Assembly (NCBI GenBank): GCA_036275915.1
Contig: DASUCV010000004.1
Location: 662,204-726,203, forward strand
Direction of reading: 5' to 3'
Length of the DNA: 64,000 nt
Origin: Candidatus Polarisedimenticolaceae bacterium
GTDB lineage: Bacteria; Acidobacteriota; Polarisedimenticolia; Polarisedimenticolales; DASRJG01
Shown here: in pieces, positions 32,089 to 42,120 of the stretch
Layout of the letters: every line of letters begins with the position of its first letter
How positions within the stretch are numbered: the stretch's first letter is position 1
Notes under the pieces: model-generated
Told to the model about the DNA's origin: nothing
Databases searched by the model: none
The model's input: the letters and a program-made list of their open reading frames with translations, nothing else
Program-made: the position numbers and the translations under genes

Positions 32089-33938
32089 CCGCGGCGGTCC
32101 TCCGGCTCGTAGACGAACGCCCCGTCCCTGAAGGCGATCCTCAGGCTCGCGTAGTCGAGGCGCGCGCGGACGTGCGCCAGAACCTCGCGGCGCACCTCGT
32201 TCGGGTCGAACGGGCGCGCGTGCTCGCGCAGGCCGCGGAGCCACTGGACGAGCGAATCGCGGTCCCCCGCACGGCGGCGGTCGTCCTGGCGGATCCGCTG
32301 CGAGATCGCGACGTTGCAGACGCTCTCGAGCGTCGCCGCGAGGCGGCGCGCACCCGAGACCGGCGAGAAGCCGCGGTCGAGAAGCTCCCGGCGGGCGGAT
32401 CCGTCGAGGTGGAGGGTGAGGTCGTGGACGTCGCGGTAGCGCCGCGCGATCCGCTCGAACTCGAGATCCAGGATGCGCTCGGCGCTCGCTTCGGTGAGAC
32501 GGCCGAAGTGGATGAGCCGCACGCGATTCACGAACTCCGGCGAGAGCGCGCGCCTCAGGTCCGAACGGACATCGGCGTCCGCGGAGGCCTGCCGGCTCCC
32601 GTCGTCGGCGTAGCCGATCGGGTTCCCACGCTGCTGCTGCTCGCTGTAGCCGAGGTTCGACGTGAAGAAGATGAGCGCGTTCGCGAAGTTGAGGACACGG
32701 CCTTTGTTGTCGGTCGTCGTTCCGCGGTCCAGGATCGAGAGGAAGAACGTCCGGAGCTGCGGGTGCGCCTTCTCGACCTCGTCCACGAGGATGATCGCGA
32801 CCGGCGACTTCGACGCCCGCTCGTGGAACGCCGCGAGCAAGCCTTCCTCGTCCGAGCGGATGAATCCGCGGGTCGCCCCGCGCAGCTCGTTGATGTCCGA
32901 CGGGTAGGTGTAGTTCGGTCCCTCGATCGTGAGCGTCGGGACGTCGACCCGCCACGCGCCCTCGAGGACGCGCCCCAGGCACTCGACGAGGTGGTTCTTC
33001 CCGACACCGGTCGGACCGACGAGGAAGTAACCGGGAGGCTTCCGCAGGTCGCGCGTACCGGACGCGGCGAGCGTGAACTCGTCGGCGAGCGCCGACACCG
33101 CCGCCTCCTGGTCGACGATCATCGCGTTCAGGGCGTCCCGCAGCTTGTCGATGTCGAGCGCCGCGAAGAGCAGCATCCGCTCGTAGGCCGAAAGCAGCTC
33201 GTCCCGCGTGAAGAGCGCGCCGTCCTCGGCGCCGCCGCGCGCCGAGGCGGCGTAGTCGACGATCGGAGACTCGGGAGCCGTCTCCCGGACGGCATCGGCG
33301 ACCGCGGCCATGAGCGGCACGTTCGTCTTGAGATCGATCGTCGGCGCCGGACGCTCGGGCGCCTCGCCGTGGAGGGTACGCAGGATCTCGGCGTAGAGCG
33401 GGAACCGGTCGGCACACTGGTGGAGGAAGCCGACCTCGTCCTCGAGCGGGAGCATGAGGAGCTTGTTCTGCTTGAAGAAGTCACGCAGGCGGCGGTCTTC
33501 CGCGAGGAGCTCCAGCGCCTCGCCGGCGGCACGATAGGCTCGAGAGCCCAGCTCGCCGAGCTCGTAGCCTTTGACGCGCCGCAAGCCGAGGAATCCGAAA
33601 TCGAACAGGGCCTTGTCACCGACGACGCGAACGTCCTCGGGGAGGCGGCGGATGCGATAGAGAACCTCGCCGCTCCCGCGCCGCTGCTCCTCGATGAGCT
33701 GCCCGACGAGCGACGAGAGCAGCGCCCGGTCCGGCTGCATGATCCTCGCGATCCGGTCCTCCGAGTAGACGTCGGTCAGAAGGAGCGAGCACCCGGTGAG
33801 AACGCGGACGAGGTGCTTGAGCTCGAGCCCGTCGACGCCTCGTGCTCCCGTCGCGAGGCGGGCCACTTCGCGCAGCCGCTCCTCGAGCGTCTCGGCGTCG
33901 AGCGCCTCGATCGTTCGCTTACGAGCGCCTTCGTCCAT
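32085..33938 (-). CDS. Single-module ClpA/B D2-type AAA+ ATPase with an uncharacterised N-terminal domain
   Basis: Walker A GPTGVGKN, Walker B ILVDEVEKAH, TDNKGR, sensor-1 TSN, NPIGY loop, PEFVNR, sensor-2 GARRL. ATG 33938 after GGGAGGGAG. Confidence 0.85.
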   Translation of the reverse strand: MDEGARKRTIEALDAETLEERLREVARLATGARGVDGLELKHLVRVLTGCSLLLTDVYSEDRIARIMQPDRALLSSLVGQLIEEQRRGSGEVLYRIRRLPEDVRVVGDKALFDFGFLGLRRVKGYELGELGSRAYRAAGEALELLAEDRRLRDFFKQNKLLMLPLEDEVGFLHQCADRFPLYAEILRTLHGEAPERPAPTIDLKTNVPLMAAVADAVRETAPESPIVDYAASARGGAEDGALFTRDELLSAYERMLLFAALDIDKLRDALNAMIVDQEAAVSALADEFTLAASGTRDLRKPPGYFLVGPTGVGKNHLVECLGRVLEGAWRVDVPTLTIEGPNYTYPSDINELRGATRGFIRSDEEGLLAAFHERASKSPVAIILVDEVEKAHPQLRTFFLSILDRGTTTDNKGRVLNFANALIFFTSNLGYSEQQQRGNPIGYADDGSRQASADADVRSDLRRALSPEFVNRVRLIHFGRLTEASAERILDLEFERIARRYRDVHDLTLHLDGSARRELLDRGFSPVSGARRLAATLESVCNVAISQRIRQDDRRRAGDRDSLVQWLRGLREHARPFDPNEVRREVLAHVRARLDYASLRIAFRDGAFVYEPEDRRG

Positions 33939-33976
33939 CGGCTCCCTCCCGGGATCGGCTGCCCTCTCGGGTCGCA

Positions 33977-33992
33977 TTCAATGTAGGTGCCA
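33977..33992 (-). promoter_or_regulatory. Putative sigma54-like promoter for the AAA+ gene pair
   Basis: Minus strand TGGCAC-CTACA-TTGAA: consensus -24 element, -12 GA instead of GC. 38 nt upstream of the ATG. Confidence 0.4.
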
Positions 33993-34080
33993 CGACCCTC
34001 GCGTGGGCGCAATGCCGAATAGAAGGCCGATCACCCCCACTGACTCGGTGGGATTTTTCGCAGGGCGCGTTCCGGCTGCC

Positions 34081-34109
34081 TTGACACCCTTCTGGGGCGA
34101 TCCTAAGAT
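34081..34109 (+). promoter_or_regulatory. Sigma70 promoter of groES-groEL
   Basis: TTGACA (34081-86), 17-nt spacer, TAAGAT (34104-09). Confidence 0.85.
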
Positions 34110-34110
34110 G

Positions 34111-34137
34111 CTGGCACTCGCGGGCAACGAGTGCTAA
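34111..34137. promoter_or_regulatory. CIRCE element (HrcA operator)
   Basis: CTGGCACTC-GCGGGCAAC-GAGTGCTAA versus consensus TTAGCACTC-N9-GAGTGCTAA, directly after the -10 box. Confidence 0.92.
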
Positions 34138-34198
34138 CGAGCGTCCCTAATATATGTATTTTAAGTAAGTTAACGGTCATTCGGAGGTTCTGAGAGCC

Positions 34199-34486
34199 AT
34201 GAAGATGAAGCCGCTGTACGACCGGATTCTCGTCAAGAGGATCGAAGAGAAGGAACAGAAGAAGGGTTCGATCATCATCCCCGACACCGCGAAGGAAAAG
34301 CCGATGGAAGGCAAGGTCATCGCGGTGGGCGCCGGCGCCGTGAACAAGGAAGGCAAGCGGACTCCGCTCGAGGTCAAGGTCGGCGACCGGGTGCTCTTCG
34401 GCAAGTACGCGGGCACCGAGATCAAGATCGACGACGACGAGCACGTCATCCTCCGTGAGGACGAAGTCCTCGGCATCCTCGAGTAA
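34199..34486 (+). CDS. groES: Co-chaperonin GroES
   Basis: [40 protein letters not shown]. Confidence 0.98.
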   Translation: MKMKPLYDRILVKRIEEKEQKKGSIIIPDTAKEKPMEGKVIAVGAGAVNKEGKRTPLEVKVGDRVLFGKYAGTEIKIDDDEHVILREDEVLGILE

Positions 34487-36208
<1,722 letters not shown>

Positions 36209-36248
36209 TCGCGAGCGGGTGCGATGAGCGCCCGTTGACATAGACTCC

Positions 36249-36281
36249 ACGCCCGGCCCTTCGGGGCCGGGCGTTTTTTTT
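36249..36281 (+). terminator. Rho-independent terminator of groESL
   Basis: ACGCCCGGCCC-TTCG-GGGCCGGGCGT followed by a T-run. Confidence 0.92.
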
Positions 36282-36290
36282 GGAGCCTGC

Positions 36291-37211
36291 TTGGTCCCCT
36301 CGCACGATCGCGCCCGCGTCCTCGCCGCGCTGACCCTCATCCAGATCTTCTTCGGGGTCCACTACCTGGCCGGCAAGTACGTCCTCCGCGAGATCACGCC
36401 GCGTGCCTGGGTCGTCCTCCGGATCGTCGGCGCGGCGATCGTCCTGCTCGCCGTCGTACGCCTCCTCGGCCGGCGACTGCCGAGAGCGCCGCGCGACCTC
36501 GCCCTGCTCGCCGTCTTTTCGATCTTCGGCGTCGCCGTCAACCAGGTCTGCTTCGTCGAGGGGCTCGCGCGCACGACGGTGACCCACTCGGCGATCATGA
36601 ACACGTTGATCCCGGCGTGGACTCTGCTCTTCGCCGTGCTCCTCGGCCGCGAGCGCATGACGACGCCCAAAGCGCTCTCCCTCGTCCTCGCAATCGGCGG
36701 CGTCTTCCTCGTCATCCGGCCCGAGCGCGCCTCGTTCTCGTCGGAAACGTTCGTCGGCGATCTCCTGACGATGACGAACTCGCTGTCGTACTCCTTCTTC
36801 CTCGTCATCTCGAAGCGGACCATGCACCGCGTCGACGCCGTCGGCGCGACCGCGCTGATGTTCGTGTTCGGGGCGGTCCCGATCGCTCTCTACGGCGCCG
36901 GCGCGCTCGTTACGACACCGTTCGCGACGATCTCATGGACGGCGTGGGCCTGGGCCGCGTTCATCGTCCTCTTCCCGACTGCCGGCGCGTACGTCCTGAT
37001 CTCCTGGACGCTCGCCCGCGCCGAGGCGTCGCTCGTCGCCCTCTTCGTCTATCTCCAGCCGCTCATCGCCGCGTTCCTCGGCGTCGTCTTCCAGAACGAG
37101 ATCCTGACGCTCCGCACGGTCATGGGCGCGGCGCTGATCTTCGCAGGCGTCTATCTCGCTCTGGGCACACCGCGTTTGTCCGGTCTACGCCGGGCCGCGC
37201 CCGCGAACTAA
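36291..37211 (+). CDS. DMT/EamA-family transporter
   Basis: About 10 TM helices in two EamA repeats; FVYLQPLIAA..G. Confidence 0.9.
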   Translation: MVPSHDRARVLAALTLIQIFFGVHYLAGKYVLREITPRAWVVLRIVGAAIVLLAVVRLLGRRLPRAPRDLALLAVFSIFGVAVNQVCFVEGLARTTVTHSAIMNTLIPAWTLLFAVLLGRERMTTPKALSLVLAIGGVFLVIRPERASFSSETFVGDLLTMTNSLSYSFFLVISKRTMHRVDAVGATALMFVFGAVPIALYGAGALVTTPFATISWTAWAWAAFIVLFPTAGAYVLISWTLARAEASLVALFVYLQPLIAAFLGVVFQNEILTLRTVMGAALIFAGVYLALGTPRLSGLRRAAPAN

Positions 37212-37273
37212 CCAGAGGGGACAGCTTCCGAAACTCGAAGTGCTCGAGTTTCGGAAGCTGTCCCCTCTGGTTA
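37209..37273. repeat. Perfect 30-bp inverted repeat (REP/MITE-like)
   Basis: TAACCAGAGGGGACAGCTTCCGAAACTCGA-AGTGC-TCGAGTTTCGGAAGCTGTCCCCTCTGGTTA. Confidence 0.9.
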
Positions 37274-38443
37274 TTCCCCTAGAGCGATGCGGGCGAGGAG
37301 CTCGGTGCCGATCGGGAGCGCCGCCTCGTCGATGTCGAAGCGCGGCGAGTGGTGCGGTGCCGTGATTCCCGCCTCCGCGTTTCCCGCGCCGATGAACGTG
37401 AAGGCGCCGGGCACGCGCTCGAGGAAGTAGGCGAAATCCTCGGCGGCGGCCATGGGGTCGGGCTCGATGACCTTTCCGTGTCCGACGACGGCAGACGCGT
37501 GGCGGCGCACGCGCTCGACCGCCGCCGGATCGTTGACGACCGCCGGGTAACCCTCGTGGAGCGTGTACTCGAGCGTGCAGCCCCCCGCACGCGCGGCGCC
37601 CTCGAGGATTTCCTTCACGCGCCGCCGCAGCGTCTCGCGGACGCCGCTCTCGAAGCTGCGCAGCGTTCCGTTCATGCTCGCTGTGTCCGGGATGACGTTG
37701 GCGGCGGTCCCCGCGTGCAGCGCGCCCACGGTCACGACGGCGGGCTGCACCGGATCGACCGACCGCGAGACCACCGTCTGGAGCGAGAGGATCGCCGACG
37801 CCGCGGCGACGATCGGATCGATCGCCTTGTGCGGAAGGGCGCCATGGCCGCCGTGACCGCGGAGGGTCGCCTCGAACTCGTCCTGGGCCGCCATCGTGGG
37901 ACCGGGACGGACCTGGATCGTCCCGACGGGGAATTGGGACCAGAGGTGGAGGCCGTACGCCTCCGCGACCCCGTGCTCGTCGAGGATCCCCTCCCGGATC
38001 ATCGCTTCGGCGCCACCGAACCCTTCCTCGCCGGGCTGGAAACAGAAGACGACGTCGCGCGTCAGGCGCTCGCGCTCGGCGGCGAGGACCGCCGCCGCGC
38101 CGAGAAGCATCGCCATGTGACCGTCGTGCCCGCAGGCGTGCATCTTTCCCGGCTGTGAGGAGCCGTAGGGACGCCCGGCCGTCTCCTCGATCGGGAGCGC
38201 GTCCATGTCGGCCCGCAGGAGGACCGGACGTGCCGAGGGCGCCTTCGCCTTCAAGACCGCGACGATCCCAGTCTTGGCGACACCCGTCCGGACCGCCAGG
38301 TCGAATCCTCGGAGGCACCGTGCGACGTAGCGCCCGGTCTCGTGCTCCTCGAACCCCAGCTCGGGGCACCTGTGGAGATCCCGTCGCCAGCCGACGATCG
38401 CCGGCTCCAACTCCCCCACGCGGCGCTTCAACGCGTCGGTCAT
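37271..38443 (-). CDS. M20D-family amidohydrolase
   Basis: RRDLHRCPELGFEE, LRADMDALP, MHACGHDGH, FQPGEEG, AEDFA, HHSPRF. Confidence 0.94.
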   Translation of the reverse strand: MTDALKRRVGELEPAIVGWRRDLHRCPELGFEEHETGRYVARCLRGFDLAVRTGVAKTGIVAVLKAKAPSARPVLLRADMDALPIEETAGRPYGSSQPGKMHACGHDGHMAMLLGAAAVLAAERERLTRDVVFCFQPGEEGFGGAEAMIREGILDEHGVAEAYGLHLWSQFPVGTIQVRPGPTMAAQDEFEATLRGHGGHGALPHKAIDPIVAAASAILSLQTVVSRSVDPVQPAVVTVGALHAGTAANVIPDTASMNGTLRSFESGVRETLRRRVKEILEGAARAGGCTLEYTLHEGYPAVVNDPAAVERVRRHASAVVGHGKVIEPDPMAAAEDFAYFLERVPGAFTFIGAGNAEAGITAPHHSPRFDIDEAALPIGTELLARIALGE

Positions 38444-38495
38444 CGCGGCCCTCCCGCCGCGCATTCTATAATTCGTCGTCCCCCTGGAGAGAAAC

Positions 38496-39344
38496 GTGAG
38501 CGTCCTGACACGCCGGATTCGCATCGGTCACAGCCCCGACCCCGACGACGCGTTCATGTATTACGCGATCGCTCGGTCGCTCGTCGATACCGGCGGCCAC
38601 GCGATCGAGCAGGTGCTCGAGGACATCGAGAGCCTGAACCGGCGGGCGCTCGTGGGCGAGCTCGAGGTGACCGCGGTCTCGATCCACGCTTACGCTCACC
38701 TCGCCGATCGGTACGCGCTCATGTCGTGCGGCGCCTCGATGGGTGACGGCTACGGGCCGATCGTCGTCGCGAAGGAACCGCTCGATCCGGCGGGCCTCGC
38801 CGGGGTCACGGTCGCGATCCCGGGAACGCTCACCTCGGCGTACCTTGCGCTGCGCCTGTTCACGGGGCGCGAGTTCCCCTTCGTCGTCGTTCCATTCGAC
38901 CAGATCCTCGACGCCGTGACGTCCGGACAGGCGGGTGCCGGGCTCGTGATCCACGAGGGGCAGCTCACCTACGCCGCCGCCGGCCTGAAAAAGGTCCTCG
39001 ACCTCGGAGCCTGGTGGAAGGAAACGCACGACGGACTCCCCCTCCCGCTCGGCGGGAACGCGGTGCGCAAGGATCTCGGCGCCGGCACGATGCGCTCGCT
39101 GACGGCGATGTACCGCGGCTCGATCGCCTACGCGCTCGCACACCGCGGAGAGGCGCTGGCTTACGCGAAGGATTTCGGCCGCGGCCTGAGCGATCCGCTC
39201 AACGATCGGTTCGTCGGGATGTACGTGAACGATCTCACCCTCGACTACGGCGAGCGCGGGCGCCGTGCGATCCGCGCGTTCCTCGACGAGGGGGCCGCGG
39301 CCGGTCTCGTCCCCTCTCTCCCGGCCGTCGACTTCGTCGGGTGA
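38496..39344 (+). CDS. mqnD: MqnD-like menaquinone (futalosine pathway) protein, MqnA/MqnD family
   Basis: GHSPDPDDAFM, DIESLN, GDGYGP, IHEGQLTY, LPLPLGGN, MYVND. Confidence 0.82.
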   Translation: MSVLTRRIRIGHSPDPDDAFMYYAIARSLVDTGGHAIEQVLEDIESLNRRALVGELEVTAVSIHAYAHLADRYALMSCGASMGDGYGPIVVAKEPLDPAGLAGVTVAIPGTLTSAYLALRLFTGREFPFVVVPFDQILDAVTSGQAGAGLVIHEGQLTYAAAGLKKVLDLGAWWKETHDGLPLPLGGNAVRKDLGAGTMRSLTAMYRGSIAYALAHRGEALAYAKDFGRGLSDPLNDRFVGMYVNDLTLDYGERGRRAIRAFLDEGAAAGLVPSLPAVDFVG

Positions 39345-39352
39345 GCGAGCCG

Positions 39353-40322
39353 ATGGATCCATACGATCGCCTCGGTGCCGCCCTCACCCGCTGCGGGGTC
39401 GTCGACGACACGCCGCTGGCGCGCCTCGTCGCGACGGGGCCCGACATTCTCGACCTCCTCCACCGGCTCGGCACGGGGGACGTGAAGGCGCTCGCCCCCG
39501 GTGACGGGCGGCTCACCGTCCTCACGAGCGCCAAGGGACGGATCGTCGAGCGTCTCTTCGTCCATCATCTCGGGCCCGAAGGCGTCCTCATCGTGGGCAG
39601 CCCCGGCGCCGCGGAGCGGATCCTCGGTCACCTCCGCAAGTTCACCTTCGCGGAGCGCCTCGATGTCGTCGACCGTACGCCGTCGACCTGTGCGTTCACC
39701 GTCGTCGGACCCGAGTGGCGCGCGGCGGCGCTCGCCGCCAATCTTCCCGAGATCGTCCCCTACGGCGCCGCGCCGTTCACGATCGGCGCGGCCGCCGTCC
39801 ACGTCATCCGGACGAACGGGTTCGACGCGAACGGCGTGATGATCGTCGGCACGCGGGACGACGCCGGGACGATCCTGGCGCTCGTGCGCGAGGCCGCGGA
39901 GTCCGTGGGCGGCGCGGTGCTCGACCCGTCCTCGTACGAGGCGTGGCGCATCATCAACGGCCTTCCCGCGATGGGCGCCGAGTTGACGGAAGAGCGGAAC
40001 CCGCTCGAGGCCGGCCTTCGCGACGCCGTGAGCTTCACGAAGGGGTGCTACGTCGGACAGGAAGTCATCGCCCGCCTGAACACCTACGACAAGGTCTCCC
40101 GCGAGCTCCTCCGCCTCGAGCTGCCGCCAGGCGCACCGATGCCGGCCCGGGGAGCGATCGTGCGGTGGGACGGGAGGGACGTGGGGGCGATTACGAGCGC
40201 CGCCCAGGTCCCCGGCCGCGACTTCGTCGTCGCGATCGCCTATGTGAAGTCGCGCGAGCTGCCGCCCGGGACCGGCGTGGTGACCGTCGATGCCGGACAG
40301 AGCGAGCCCACTCTCGCCCGGA

Positions 40323-40333
<11 letters not shown>
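39353..40333 (+). CDS. ygfZ: YgfZ/GcvT-family folate-binding Fe-S assembly factor
   Basis: SFTKGCYVGQEVIAR signature. ATG 39353. Confidence 0.88.
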
Positions 40334-41267
<934 letters not shown>

Positions 41268-41284
41268 CCCCGGCTCGCCGGCGG

Positions 41285-42022
41285 TCAGTGGGTGCGGGAC
41301 TGGACGTCGAAGCCGCTGAAACCTTCCGTGACCGGGACGTCCGAGGGGATGTCGACCTTGTACATCCCCGCGGCCAGCTCGGGGTTCAACCGCGTGTTGA
41401 CGAAACGGATCTCTCGCTCGTTCCCGTCCTTCCCCATGTAGTCGATCCTCTGGGGCAGGAGCGTGGCCGTGTCGACCCAGAGCTTGACCTCGTCGACGCT
41501 CTTCTTGACCCGGCGCTTCTTCGGGGTGAGCACGAGGAGATACGAGCCCTTCATCTCGGGATCCGGGGCGCCGAGGGCGATCCCGTAGAACTTGCCGAGG
41601 TCCTTCGAGCCCTGACCGAGACCGAAGAACCGGAAGAGCTGCTCGCTCCAGCGCTTGATGTCGCGCTTCTCGGCGCGCTTACGCTCCGGGAAGTAGCCGG
41701 TGTACTGCCCCTCGGAGACGACGAACCGCATCGGCTCGGGGGACGTGTACTCCCACCGGACCGAGTCGGGCTTGGTCAGATAGAACGCGCCGCGCGCCAC
41801 CATCGGCTGCTTGAGGAGAGAGTTCCGCGTGGTCTGGACGAACTCGGCCGACAGGGTGTGGATCTGAGCCTGAACGGCGTCGAAACGGTTCAGGACGGCG
41901 TCGAGATCTTCCTGGGGCGCCGTGGCCGAAGCCGGCGGCGGCGCATGAGGCTTTTCCTTCGCCCACGCGGTTCCGAGAGAGAGACCGAGGGCCAGCACCC
42001 CCGCCGTCACACGCTGATTCAT
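41285..42022 (-). CDS. lolA: Outer-membrane lipoprotein carrier, LolA family
   Basis: Signal peptide, LSAEFVQT, GAFYLTKPDSVRWEYTSP. ATG 42022. Confidence 0.8.
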   Translation of the reverse strand: MNQRVTAGVLALGLSLGTAWAKEKPHAPPPASATAPQEDLDAVLNRFDAVQAQIHTLSAEFVQTTRNSLLKQPMVARGAFYLTKPDSVRWEYTSPEPMRFVVSEGQYTGYFPERKRAEKRDIKRWSEQLFRFFGLGQGSKDLGKFYGIALGAPDPEMKGSYLLVLTPKKRRVKKSVDEVKLWVDTATLLPQRIDYMGKDGNEREIRFVNTRLNPELAAGMYKVDIPSDVPVTEGFSGFDVQSRTH

Positions 42023-42120
42023 CCGCGTCTCCTGACTCGCTGCGAAACTACCAGCGTGCTCAGCGGGCGTCAAGAATCCTGCCGAAGCCTATAATTTCGC
42101 CTTCCTTCGAGGGGTCTCGC

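Noticed and set aside
37209..37273. Palindrome as a CRISPR repeat, tRNA or attC site
   Set aside because: Single inverted unit with no spacers, cas or integrase genes, no cloverleaf, and no extrahelical bases.
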